From the human T2T-CHM13v2.0 reference genome, Homo sapiens: a stretch of 64,000 nt of DNA. The notes below the pieces were generated by a model. It saw only the letters and a program-made list of their open reading frames with translations, made no database searches and was not told the DNA's origin. The position numbers were made by a program, and so were the translations under genes. This document shows positions 24,407 through 38,975 of the stretch, one piece after another; position 1 is the stretch's first letter; each line of letters starts with the position of its first letter. The stretch is from assembly GCF_009914755.1 (NCBI RefSeq), contig NC_060933.1; one strand, 5' to 3'.

Positions 24407-27400
24407 TATTTGAGAGGAGAGCAACAAGATTATTTAATATAAATGTGTTGAAATATGTATAGATGATCTCTCTGTTGGACCAGTTAAGAGTTAGAGGAGA
24501 GTAAGTTCAGAAGAAAACTTTATTAGTTTGTGGTACAATTGTACCTGAAAAACAGATAATTATCTATTGTCTTGAGTTCACCTGGAAATAAAGAATTAGC
24601 GTAAATAAGTGTCAGATACAGAACAAGAAACTTGACCTCAGAGTTCACCCAGCAAAAGGTTGAGAGATCCTGGTAGGAATCATCTAATGATGAAATCTAG
24701 CCTCTGTTTACTTCTTCTTATACCAGTGTTAGAGTGGAATCCAAATCTAGCTGCTCAATGCACAATGCAGTCCATCTCTCTTAAGGGGAGGAGGGGTGGA
24801 TGCCTATTAGGTATAGTAATTAGGAAGAGTGTTTTGCTGTTGGAAGGTCAGGCAGAGAAGGTGTTTACATTATATCTCCGAAAGGGCTTCTGATAAAAAT
24901 TTATTCAAACCAATGCCTCAGTCCACAGGCAAAGAATAACAATGGTTCTTCAGCTAATCAATTGGAATGGTGCTTATGGCACTTTAGGAAGATTTCTATA
25001 TCTCTTTAATCCTCATACAAAATTTATTCCAATTTAGTTTCACGTGTTGATTTCTTTACATATTCAGGCACACAAGCATGCACATGTGGAAACAAGATTC
25101 CTTTGTCTGTGGATTCTTTCCATGTGCTCAGTATATTTTAATGTTCAAAATCTAGCTGTCATTTAGCTAGTTAAATGAGCAAAGAAGCTGTTTTACTCTA
25201 ACAAATAAGAGGAAAATTGTTTATTTCTCAACATTTCCTGCCTATTGTCAGTACTAGCATAATTTTCACCATTATTTGTTTGTTTGAAGGTGGTGGAGAT
25301 ATTGGCATGTGCATTATTAAGATAGTCTGAATATGGTAATTTTCATAATGAGATTTATTGTATACGCCTCCTGGAATAAAAAGAGGACTGCTCTATTCTG
25401 AAGCATTTAAATGGCTGTAGGATAGTAAGATTCCATTATTTTTAACGGAACAAAATTTGTATTCTGAGTTCATTAGAATACTGAATGAGTTGAAGAAACA
25501 AGTTCTGTTCTTACATCACTCATGTAATGAGGTAGTATATAAAAAATTCAGTTCTGTGGTGTCAAACACATGGGTGGAATTTAAATGGACATAAATTAGT
25601 AGTAAATGTCCCATCAAAGAATGCAGGTGATTTTTTGTTGTTGTTGCAGTTTTTGGTAGTTTATGATTTCATGGCACATGGCCTGGCTTGACAAAATGTT
25701 ATCAAATGAATATAGAGTAGCAGCTTAACATGTGATAAATGTAAAAGGCTTCCTGTTTTTCCCTCATGTCTCCAGTGCCTAGTATAGTGTTTTGCTTATG
25801 GTAGGAAGGTAATAAATGCCTGTTCAATTAAAGTGAAAGAATATAAATGCAATGGGATTGAAATACAACGTGTGAACAATTTGTCCATAAACTCTGAGCC
25901 AGTGTCGAAATGAATGGTTTTTATTTTCATTCTCTAATTTAACAAAACGAATCTAAAATATCTCTAGAGCTATTTACTCTGTTTTATTTATTTTTATATA
26001 TGTTTGAAATAAGCTGATGAAATACCATAGGCACAAAGGACCTTTTTTTCCTCGTCATTGTCTTCTTTGTTTCTCCAGATATCCATCACATTTATTACAG
26101 TAATTTACTTTGTCAATCTCAGCATCCTGATCTTGCCTTTCTGCTCATTCCAGCTTCTTATACAATCTCATCACCAAATATTTATAATACAACTCACCTA
26201 GATTTTATTTATTTTTACATCAACATTTTAACTAAGGCCAACTAAAGTTGTCATTTAGAATTTTCATTGATCTTTTACCACATTATTTTACAGTGAACAT
26301 ATTTCCCCTTTCTTCTTCTTTGTAGCTCTTTTTCAGCAGCAAAAGATAAAGAAGCTGAATTTCACCAAGCTTATTGTGTTGTAATATATAACTCCCAAAA
26401 CTTTTTATATCCTTATCTGAAGTATTTTCTCGTATTTGATATACAGCTAAATTAAAAGGGGAGTTACAACTTATTGAATGCTACCATATCACTGTGATTT
26501 TCTGTATGTGTGTATGTATATACAACTTATTATTGACAATATTGCTACAAAGTAGATATTACTATATGCCAGTAAGTTAAACACTTATCTAGGATAATTA
26601 GGTTTTTAAAAATTGTAGAAAAGGAATTTTAAGAGCCTGCCCATCCAATTCCAAAGTCTATGTTTTTCTATATACCACACATTAATTCCAAATATAGTTT
26701 TGAAATAGGGCTGAGTGAAAACCTAGTCTGATGAAATTCACTTTTTTGGGGGCCACTGAATTTTTGATTCCCTAAATATACTGATTTATTGACTTATGGA
26801 TCATGCTTTATATATTAACTTTCATCTCATAATAATCATAAACACATTTGCTACTGTAGAATATTCCTTGCCAGTACATAACTGTCTAAAAAACAAAGGA
26901 AGAAAAAAAAATCTCTGTGACTAGAAACAAGTTGAATCTGGGGTTAAATCCTTATGTTTTTCTTGTTGCTTCATATAATTTTCTGTATTATAGTAGCAGA
27001 CAACTTTTTTTTTTTTTTTTTTTTTTTTGCTACATGTGAGATGCTAAAAAGTTACACAAAGAACCTCAGCTACGGAAAGCTTTTCTTGCGAATTTTCTCA
27101 ATACATTTTTAATTAATTGACATATATCTGTGCCCATGTGAATCTTTTAGATGTCCACATAAACAAAATAAAGTATACCAGTATGCAATTTATATCATAA
27201 AGCTTTATGTTTAGTGCACATGCCTGTCCATAGAATCCTAAAGAAAACTCTACATATTGACAGTCAATTAGGATGTGCTTGCTTGAAAACACCCTTCATC
27301 TTTCATCTTATACCACTATAAAGTACGTTATTCTATGAGATATTCAGTCCATGAGATTGCTACACAAATAAAGCATGATTCTCCACCCCTATGTCTCCCT

Positions 27401-27999
27401 CTCCTCCTCTCTCTCTCCCCTACCGTCTCTCTTATACTCACTGTTTCTACCACAGAGAAATACAATATCTGACAAGCAAACAGTTTCCTAAATATGAACT
27501 GATTGAATTGCAGACACATTTTTCAGGTTAGAATACTTTAAAACTCTGCTATTAGAAAAATCATTTATAGTACACATAGAGCTTCTGAAAGAAACTTATC
27601 CTCAAATTAAAAACAAGACTTTTATTAGGGTAATCTATAGATAAGTCAAACAAGACATTGCTTGACCCAAATAAAAAATGTTGGACATGATTAACCAAAT
27701 AACTCTTTGTGGCATGTACACACAAGACCAGTTTTTACCCTATCATGAATCTTCCAATGGGCTTTTGTAGGGGAAGAGTAGGTTAAGAGCAAAATAGCCC
27801 AATCAACTATGCCACTTTTCTTCCAAGAATTGTAGCATGAAATTAAGTGAGCAAAATTGGATGCATGGAATGATGCCCAGCATTACTGGTATCCACATAA
27901 AATAACGATACATGAAATATTAAAATAACACAATCAGATGCATTTCCCAAATTATTGTCATCGTATGGTAAATAATTTCCCCTGGGACTACGTGGTAAT

Positions 28000-28925
28000 T
28001 CTTTTATGAGTCTTCAGTGAATGATCTGTGATTTGGCAAAAACTCTTGTCTCTTCACTGAGAATATTGAGATCATCAGGAACAAACTCTCTGTCTCTAAA
28101 GTTACAAAGTCACTTATATAGGAATCTGCCCTCATTTCTTTCTCTACAATGTTGACAAAACATGGCCCTTCTCTCCTTCAAGGAAAGTGTCTCAAGTGTT
28201 CTCTGGTCTTTTTTATTCGCATATACTGATCTAGAAGCTTGTTTCAATGTTTATTTTCTATCACAATATTTTCAATGTTTTACTTTCTACTGGTTCATTT
28301 CTCTGAAAGTACATAAGATTTCTCATTCACTTACTCCTTAAAAATTGGTTATGTTTCAGGTTTTGTCCTCTGCTCACACTACAGGCTTTCCAAGAATGGC
28401 ATTACTCATGCTTATGCTTCAACCTATTACTATTTACTAACAGCTTCTAGTCCACTAGCTTAAGCTAAAATCCCATTCATTCAACCACCTGCTAAATATC
28501 TCTTTTCCCTTGGAAGTTTCACAAGCATGTCAAACTCAATATTTCTAAAACAAACTTATTATTCTTCCTTAAAACTTTGCTTTTCCTTCTCAATTTTCTA
28601 TGTGGGTGAATGCAAGTGCCCTAGGCTTTCTTTTAACTCCTTTCCACAATTAGGGATGAAGTTCTGTCTACCCCACCTCCTAAACGTCACATCTGCTTGT
28701 GCCTCATAAGTCATTGCTATTGCGTCTATGGCCTGCACTAATTAGTCTTCTATCTGGTCTTCCTACTCCCAGTCCTGACTCTCTAGAGCTTATACTCCAC
28801 ATTGATGCTGATGTTATATTTTGAAAAAAATTTCAGTTTTGATTGTTATTCCATGTTCCTAAATCCTTTAATAATTTTTCTATGCAATAAAGTAAAAACT
28901 TATTTACCTGAAGCACAAAGCCATG
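28000..28925 (+). mobile_element. Degraded L2
   Basis: attcaaccacctgctaaatatctc, cacaagcatgtcaaactcaat, tggtcttcctactccc, tactccacattgatgctga. Confidence 0.5.
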
Positions 28926-29060
28926 GATCACCACAGATATAAAATGGACCTGATCAAAATTCATGATATTAATAATTTTTTTCATCCTGATAGATTATGT
29001 GCATTTTCATAATAACAATCTATCAGGAAGAAAAACAAACATTAAAATAGGTATTTTTCC

Positions 29061-29499
<439 letters not shown>

Positions 29500-32444
29500 T
29501 TAAGAGTCAGGAAAGTAGTGAACTTCTTTGTAATATCTGAATTGACTGATATTTTTTAAAGTCAAATAAAGAAGACTATAAAATGAGATTCTAAAATTCC
29601 AAGAAATGATCATAGTTTGAAGTAATGGTATTTTTGTTTCTTCTTCTCACCTCCAAGCTCCAGTTTGTGCAAAGAAACCAAAGTATTACAAAATGTAATA
29701 CTACTAGCATCCAAATACTTTAGATCTATCCTAGAAAACACTAGATTTTAATTTTTTCTGCAAACGATTTCAAAGAATTTAAAGTATAATCACTTTTTCC
29801 CTTTATAAACACAGACTCAAATTTCAGGATTTGATAAAAGTATCTCAATTTCTAATTATAGCCTATGTTTTTTAATACAACACAGACAACATCCAGACAG
29901 TTGTCTACTTTTAATCTAATCTACTTTTATCATAATATAATATTATGGACAGCAGTAATATGTGTACTGAAGTTCACAGTGGAGGTGAGCTCCTTGTTGA
30001 CGTTCAAATGCAATGATAATCAAAGTGGATAAACTCTCTGCTCTTCATCCCACCTGCAGGCTTCTAGATTCATGCATTGATTTATGCCAGCTCAATCTTC
30101 TGACTTTTCATCAAGATGTGCAATATACAGTGCCTTCATTATGAACTATAGTTTCCTCTATCATTATAAGAAACACAAGTTAAGTAAGCTTTCCTCAAAC
30201 AGCAGTGATTGCTTTCAAGTTCCTGAACAGGCTGCAATAGGCTTGACGAAAAGGATTGATTTATCACTTTTTAAATAGATTCTTAATCTGCAAATCAATA
30301 AAAATGTTTCACTTCAGCAGTGGCACGGGGTGAATGACTCACCCTTGAAAACAGAATGAATGAATGCTGCCTTTCTTCCTTTCTTTAATATACTCAGATT
30401 GCAATTGTGCTTTTGCTTTGCTTGTATTACTTGCTAAATTCCAGTGTTTGGGAGTGCCTGAGATTTCAGCCTGGTTTCTCCATAAATCAAGTGAGGGGTT
30501 GAATGTTAATCTGCTAGGACTGCTATTTTAACACTGCCATTCTTCTTGTTATGTAATAAGAAAATTAAACTCAAACAATCTTTAGTTGGCCAAAGATAAA
30601 AATAAAAGATGAAAACACACAGATGTGGAGAACATTTTGTGCCAAAGTGACACAGCATTTGTTAGTTTCAGACTAGCAGAAATTCTGGTAATTTAAATGT
30701 TATACAATCGGCTTTGTAAATTCTACCAAAGAGTTAAATTAAAATACATAGGCTCATTTCCCCATATGTCTTCTACTCTTCATACTTTACCAAGTGTATA
30801 GTAGAATCTAAACACCTCTTCTTAGAGGTAGCTCTTACGTAGTTCAGAAGTCTGAGTTAAGTACTCAAAAATTCCAAAAAGAAGGCACTTTAGCCTATAG
30901 TCATCAAAAGTTTCTTTAAAATTTTCTAGGAGTAGTGATAATTAAAATAAGAAAAACCAAGGAACCTCATAACAAACAGCTGGTCTGATTTAAGTATTTT
31001 TGAATAATTTACAATTTAATTTAGCCAGTCTCTATAACAAATTTTATTCCCATACAATTTGAATTAAGTAACTGCATGGTTACATAAAGTCCTTTTTTAA
31101 CAATAGTAAAGTGAAATAGTAGTGGCATTTTCACTTCAATTATATCATTGATTCCAAAAAGGAAACTTCCTAAAGATATATTAGCTAAGAAGTTCATCAC
31201 TAATGTTTGAAAACTTCTGAAAAAGTACCTCATTTTTGTTTTAAATGAATAATAATGTTTTATTTGAAACAGAATAAAAATCAACTCAAATTTAGGTATA
31301 TAAGAATTCCTTTTTGTAATGTCAAAAATGTTTTATTTATTCTAGATTTAGAGGCACCATATTTTATTTCTTCCTTTTGTTCTTATTTTTCCCATGTTTT
31401 AATAAAAAGGACACTTTGGAAGACCTACTTTTTTTTTCCCTCACATATCATCACCCATAGACAATACGGAGAAGAAGGTGGTGAGATTGGGTATTTGGTT
31501 CTTATTTAAAAGCTATGTTTGGTGAGAACCCCATATACTGGGCATGAAACTTATACACAAAAAGTTAAGCCTATTCCTGAAAATCCTCATTTTAGAAATA
31601 TATTATCTAATTATTAAAATAAAGTAAGGAAGAAAGCAGGAGAGAAAACTAAATATTGTTATAAATGATTGGGGAGTCCTCCTGGTCTCTGTTCACACTT
31701 CACTTACATCTGTAGTACACACCAGTCCTTTACACCGACTCTCTGAGGAAAACTACCCTTCCCATCCTTCGTCTACTATCCTCCTGATCTCACACTGCCT
31801 GGATTGAGTAGACCTTTCTAGTGACCAATGAGTCATAAGACAGCAAAACCATACAAGTCTAAACTCCTCTTAGTTTATTATTCATCCTTGTAGTTCAATC
31901 CAGTAGACATTTCCATGGGATAACACATTATTTGGCTTCTAAGTTTTCTACTTTTATGATACCTCTACATATTTGGGAGGAGTAATGGGAGGGCTCAAAT
32001 TTCTCTTCAACTACTCATATTTTAATTTGATTGAGAATTTGTATTTTGTCCAAAAGCCAGAAATGTGCCAGATAAGAATTTGTCCTCTAAATTACCTAAA
32101 TAGGCTCCTTCAAGAACAGAAAGTGAACAGACCTTGCCTGCTTGCCTTCAATACCTGTTAATAAACAATATGGGTCAGTGAATGTTCAAGAAATAGAAGC
32201 CAATGATTACAGCATCAGTGAAAATGATTTAATGATAATTTGTGAGTCCAACACTGAGACACAAATTAACATCACTGCATTAGGTATCTTCTTGTAAAAT
32301 CTACGTATGAAATAAAGATACAAAATTCAAGCTGTATTTTGATTTTTCTCATGATTCTGATGTATGTGGTACATATACTATTTGGGCCCTAAAGACATTT
32401 AAAAGTTATCTCCAAAGCTCAGAATTCATTAAAGGAGGACTCTG

Positions 32445-32751
<307 letters not shown>

Positions 32752-32859
32752 TTAAAATGCCATGTATGCATATCTGATTTTTCCATAAAACACATTCTAA
32801 GAAGTTATAGTAATTAAAATATTTAGCTTCAGAGATTGACCATTTTCATTTACATCTAA

Positions 32860-33050
32860 CTTTCCAGTATTTAGTAGCGATGTAACATTAGCAAAGTTAT
32901 TTATTTTCTCTATCTTGATTTCTACATTTGTAGAATGGGAGTTGTAGCAGGGTCTATGTCATATGGTTGTTGAGAGGATTAAATGAGATAATTCATGTAA
33001 GGTGGTTAGCACACAGCAAGAGCTAAATATATGCCATCTATTTTACTAAC
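32860..33050 (+). mobile_element. MIR
   Basis: tgtagaatggga...ggttgttgagaggattaaatgagataattcatgtaa. Confidence 0.7.
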
Positions 33051-33449
33051 TTTATGGTAATAGACCTAATTAACTTGATTTTGATTGAGGTACTTTATCG
33101 CTCTCATTAAAATATACATTAATCTGCCATCTAATGTTTATTGGCAAGGCACTCTGGTAAGTATTACAGTCTTAAAAGTATTTGCCATAAATAATTAGCA
33201 AATCACTAGAAGTTCTGATTTCTCAAGGCCTGAATAGTTAAGCAGTTATTTTAATTACACAAGGCTCTAAGTGTACAGGCAAAACCATGACCTGGAAAAT
33301 GGACATGCTTTTGAGTTAAATCAACAAAATGGTCTTAAAGTATTGTAGCTTAAAGATGTTTTTAAACATTCCAAACCAGTAGAGTCCTATGACTTTCACC
33401 AGTAAAATTAATTGTCTTCGTATTCTACTAAACTTTGGAACGATAAAAG

Positions 33450-33680
33450 CTACTGATTACTGGGCATTTGCTATAGACCAAGGATTATATACATGTTTTA
33501 TGTATATTGTCATACATAATTCACAATTTTCCTGTGAGAAGAGTATATTCATTATTGTACAAAAAAGAACGCTAAAGTCCAGAGAGTTTAAATAACACAT
33601 TTCCAAGTCACGTAGCTAGTGGCAAGATGTGGAGTTTGATTTCAGTGTACACCTTAAATATGTCACTATACCATGCTACT
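33450..33680 (-). mobile_element. MIR
   Basis: cagagagtttaaataac...tttccaagtcacgtagctagt...cactatacca. Confidence 0.6.
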
Positions 33681-34479
33681 TCTCATATACCTAGGTTTAT
33701 GTAATAGACCATTTTGGTATTATCTTACGCATCCAGCACATTTATACAGCAGCAAATGTCTAGGAGTAACATATGCATGTCAGGATCTCGGCCACATGAC
33801 TTGGATCACTGCCCTGTTTTATTAAATGAGTAAATCAGTGCAATGCTACAGGAACACTCTAGATCCTTGGTATGAGGGAATTTAGCACTTGTGGTTTCAA
33901 CCGTTTTGTAGAGACTTCAAGGGTCTATGACATCTAGTAATCTGTACTTTTGTTGAGGTGAAAATTTGAACAGGTACTACTATACTGGCATGTAAGCATG
34001 TAAGAGTGAGTCATTTAGAAAGTGTGGAGACCTAGCTAAAACCAAGATTTGCACCTTGACATATTCCACAGTATTTCTGTATGCACATTTACTTGAGTTA
34101 AATGATTTTTAAAAATGTCTATTCTGTTAGGTTTTTAAAAATAATATATAAACCTTCCAAGAAAATAAATTACTAGTGCTAGTCTGAAGGAATCACTCAA
34201 ATTTTTAAGTTACTGTTTACAATTTTTTTTGCAACATTAGGGTATTTTGAATACCCTAGGGCACTTTACTATGGCCAGAATATATCAGAATGATGTATTT
34301 GTGAAGGTGCTATTGTATTATAGAGCAAGATTTGAATAAGATTTTCCTAATTATACCATCCAAATCATTACTCTGTATTTTATCACGATGAGAAAAAATC
34401 ATTGGTTTTATTTTAAAAAAGACAAAGACAAGACTTCATATGATTTGTTAAATCGATAATAATGCTTACAAAGTTCACT

Positions 34480-34680
34480 GAGTTGGTTTAATCAAATCTT
34501 TTTTACTTATCATCTAATTTTATTCTTGAACCAACCATGAGAGTTAGGTAGAAGTACAATTATCCTAACCTTAAGGTTGAGAAAATGGAGGCTTAGAGAA
34601 GTTAAGTAATATGCCAATGCTAATCAATATAATCTGATGTCGACCAGGTCGTCTAACTCCACATTCAGTGCTTCCATTTT
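34480..34680 (-). mobile_element. MIR
   Basis: gagaaaatggaggcttagagaagttaagtaatatgcc. Confidence 0.6.
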
Positions 34681-34860
34681 TAATAGTCTATTTTCTAAGA
34701 ATTTTTCTAACATTGTTAACCACTATTGAATGAGTATCTGATACCAATTCGAGAACCATCATACTATCTTATCTCAAACAAATTGGCTTCTTTACTTCCA
34801 CTCATAATAGAGACCATGAGATCATCTGATTTCTCTTAGGCAGTTCCATATGCATTCTCT

Positions 34861-37255
34861 CTCTTGTTTATTTTTATTATACTTTAAGTTCTAGGGTACA
34901 TGTGCACAATGTGCAGGTTTGTTACATATGTATACATGTGCCATGTTGGTTTGCTGCACCCATTAACTCGTCATTTACATTAGGTATTTCTCCTAATGCT
35001 ATCCCTACCCCATCCCCGCACCCCACAACAGGCCCTGGTGTGTGATGTTCCCTGCTGTGTCCAAGTGTTCTCATTGTTCAATGCCCAGCTATGAATGAGA
35101 ACATGGAGTGTTTGGTTTTCTGTCCTTGTGACAGTTTGCTCAGAATGATGGTTTCCAGCTTCATCCATGTCCCTACAAAGGACATGAGCTCATCCTTTTT
35201 TATGGCTGCATAGTATTCCATGTAGTATATGTGCCACATTTTCTTAATCCAGTCTATCATTGATGGACATTTGGGTTGGTTCCAAGTCTTTGCTATTGTG
35301 AATAGTGTTGCAATAAACATACGTGTGCATGTGTCTTTATAGCAGCATGATTTACAATCCTTTGGGTATACACGCAGTAATGGGATGGCTGGGTCAAATG
35401 GTATTTCTAGTTCCAGATCCTTGAGGAATCGCCACACTGTCTTCCGCAGTGGTTGAACTAGTTTACATTCCCACCAACAGTGTAAAAGCATTCCTGTTTC
35501 TCCACAACCTCTCCAGCACCTGTTGTTTCTTGACTTTTTAATGATTGCCATTCTAACTGGTGTGAGATGGTATCTCAGTGTGGTTTTGATGTGCATTTCT
35601 CTGATGACCAGTGATGATGAGCATTTTTTCATGTGTCTGTTGGCTGCATAAATGTCTTCTTTTGAGAAGTGTCTGTTCATATCCTTTGCCCACTTTTTGA
35701 TGGGGTTGTTTGATTTTTTTCTTGTAAATCTGTTTAAGTTATTTGTAGATTCTGGATATTAGCCCTTTGACAGATAGGTAGATTGCAAAAGTTTTCTCCC
35801 ATTCTGTAGGTTGCCTGTTCACTCTGATGGTAGTTTCTTTTGCTGTGCAGAAGCTCTTTAGTTTAATTCGATCCCATTTGTCTATTTTGGCTTTTGTTGC
35901 CATTGCTTTTGGTGTTTCAGTCATGAAGTCCTTGCCCATGCCTATGTCCTGAATGGTATTGCCTAGGTTTTCCTCTAGGGTTTTTATGGTTTTAGGTCTA
36001 ACATGTAAGTCTTTAATCCATGTTGAAATAGTTTTTGTATAAGGTGTAAGGAAGGGATCCAGTTTCAGCTTTCTACGTATGGCTAGCCAGTTTTCCCAGC
36101 ACCATTCATTAAATAGGGAATCCTTTCCCCATTTCTTGTTTTTGTCAGGTTTGTTAAAGATCAGATGGTTGTAGATGTGTGGTATTACTTCTGAGCCCTC
36201 TGTTCTGTTCCATTGATCTATATCTCTGTTTTGGTACAAGTACCACGCTGTTTTGGTTACTGTAGCCTTGTAGTATAGTTTGAAGTCAGGTAGCGTGATG
36301 CCTCCAGCTTTGTTCTTTTGGCTTAGGATTGTCTTGGCAATGTGGTCTCTTTTTTGGTTCCATATGAACTTTAAAGTAGTTTTCTCCAATTCTGTGAAGA
36401 AAGTCCTTGGTAGCTTGATGGGGATGGCATTGAATGTATAAATTACCTTGGGCAGTATGGCCATTTTCACGATATTGATTCTTCCTATCCATGAGCATGG
36501 AATGTTCTTCCATTTGTTTGTATCCTTTTTTATTTCATTGAGCAGTGGTTTGTAGTTCTCCTTGAAGAGGTCCTTCATATCCCTTGCAAGTTGGATTCCT
36601 AAGAATTTTATTCCCTTTGTAGCCATTGTGAATGAGAGGTCACTCATTATTTGGCTCTCTGTTTGTCTGTTGTTGGTGTATAGGAATGCTTGTTATTTTT
36701 GCACATTGATTTTGTATCCTGAGACTTTGCTGAAGTTGCCTATCAGCCGAAGGAGATTTTGGGCTGAGACAATGGGGTTTTCTAGATATACAATCATGTC
36801 ATCTGCAAACAAGGACAATTTGACTTCCTCTTTTCCTAAGTGAATACCCTTTATCTCTTTCTCCTGCCTGATTGCCCTGGCCAGAACTTCCAACACTATG
36901 TTGAATAGGAGTGGTGAGAGAGGGCATCCCTGTCTTGTGCCAGTTTTCAAAGGGAATGCTTCCAGTTTTTGCCCATTCAGTATAATACTGGCTGTGGGCT
37001 TGTCATAAATAACTCTTATTATTTTGAGATATGTTCCATCAATACTTAGTTTATTGAGAGTTTTTAGCATGAAGGGCTGTTGAACTTTGTCAAAGGCCTT
37101 TTCTGCTTCTATTGAGATAATCATGTGTTTTTTGTCTTCGGTTCTGTTTATGCGATGGACTGTGTTTATTGATGTGTGTATGTTGAACCAGCCTTGCATC
37201 CCAGGGATGAAGCCAACTCGATCTTGGTGGATAAGCTTTTTGATGTGCCGCAGGA
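34861..37255 (-). mobile_element. L1PA5/6-like LINE-1, 5'-truncated, about 2.4 kb
   Basis: Primate L1 3' UTR (ttattatactttaagttctagggtacatgtgcac) and ORF2 homology. 17-bp TSD ttccatatg[c/t]attctct at 34844-34860 and 37256-37272. Confidence 0.95.
35078..37199 (-). pseudogene. Disabled L1 ORF2p fragment (RT domain C-terminal half to Cys-rich C-terminus)
   Basis: Translations contain [15 protein letters not shown], the CWWECK zinc-knuckle region and the native C-terminus. In-frame TAA stops at about 36693 and 35739; +1 frameshift in an A-run near 35714-35720. Confidence 0.93.
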
Positions 37256-38975
37256 TTCCATATGTATTCTCTTAAGTGAACTCCACAATAACTCTGATAT
37301 AACTATGAGGGTTGAGGAAAATAAGGCACAGAGAAAGTGTGACTTAATGAAGGGAAAGACAGGAGCCCATCCAGGAAGCCGTATCTTTTAGCTTTGGATA
37401 CTGTGATCTTTCACTCAAATATCTCTTTGATGACAATAGGAGGAAATGATAATTCATGTGGATAATAGAGAATAAGAATGTATAATTCTGAAATTACCTA
37501 TGGATTGAGAGAAATTTTTTTCAAGAAGGGTTTGAATGAAACAATTAACAAAGAATTATGAAATATTTGAAATAAAAGTTGCTGTGCATATAACTCTACC
37601 TTTATGCTCGTTTTATCAATTAGAAAACAGAGATTCAGAGACATTGGCTGATTTTTCTATGATTGCAAAGCTAGTAAGTGAGGGGTAATAATTATAATTA
37701 GAAAACAAATATTCGAACCCTTGATCTTCTGAAAATAAAAAAAGAAAAATGAAAAGAATATAAATTACCATAAAACAATGTTTAAATAAAAATGACAAGC
37801 ATGAGAGCATTGAAGATTTTTTTTTTTAAATGAGCAAGTAAGATAAAGACAAATGAATCCTGAAATAAACTAGAAAATAAATGTCAGGGATTGAAGGTAG
37901 AAGAATCTCAAACAGAAATATGCAGGCATCCCACAAGATAGAGGGGAAAAAAAAGGTATTTTTTCATGATTTACTAGAAGAAACTATTTCACCTTATAAA
38001 AACTTTTAAAGCTATCTGAGCCTTCTGGTGTAGAGGAGTTAGTAGACATGAGCAGCCCACTTCTCTTGTCCCAGAAGCTAATTACCTATGTATCAAAGCC
38101 TGTCACCAAGTAACAGTGTCCTAGTCACTATTAGGTTGGGAGCAGTGTATGGCTTTGAAAATAAGCCACAAAGCTAAAGGGACAAAGTAAAAAGAACTCA
38201 CTCTGTGTTTACTAAAGAGGTCAATTGATTTTAAAACATGCAGCTGTTCTGTAGTTTAGCAAGAACAATCATATATAGATTCCTGGGCAGAAAATACTCC
38301 ATCTACTGAAATTCTTGGTAAATTATTAAACAGTAATCACAGACTCATTTATATTGAGTAGAAGCAAAAAGATTAAAAAAGAAATCCCATATGTAAACAA
38401 CAAGAATGTAAATTAAATCTGCCTCTAGCAGATTCCTTCAATTCTGCTACTTCTTTTGGAATATTCCCTGTTCTAGTCTGTTTTTCTTGATAAGCAATCA
38501 AAGTATTAAATATGCTTCCCATAGTGTCTAAAACAACCGAAATGGAAACAGTTATTTGACCTTTGTTCCAGTAATTTTTTTCCATTTTTTTCTTAAAAAA
38601 TTTACGTTTGTGGCACAACCCAAGACACTAAATGATAAATCTACAAATGTTTTCAGAGAAATTTGCAAGAAGTACATGAAAATATAAGTAGCAAAGCACA
38701 TAGTATAAAAAGAAGCACTTTTAAACAGCCATATCCATGACAGATAGTAATAACATCTTGTATTCACTGAAATTTTGTTTCTATTGCAAGAGGTTTATTC
38801 TAGGACAAGGTACAAAATGAGAATGTGGGAAATAATAACAATAATAAGACTTTCCTATATTGTTGTAATTCAAGGATAGAGCTCAAGAATACTTCTATTT
38901 TTTCACTGGATAATACACGGTACTATGTTTCAATTAAGTCCATCTTCAGCATAAAATGTATGATAGCATGTACAT

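Noticed and set aside
31702-31820. Minus-strand exon-like interval 31817-31708 with a GAT|GTAAGT donor
   Set aside because: The acceptor is weak and all three frames contain stops. An isolated donor hexamer is expected by chance in 64 kb.
34980-37391. Alternative-frame and antisense ORFs over the L1 (34980-35168, 36286-36513, 36562-36843, 37087-37275)
   Set aside because: Shadow ORFs of L1 ORF2 or the 3' UTR. The element lacks the 5' UTR, ORF1 and endonuclease, so it cannot be active.
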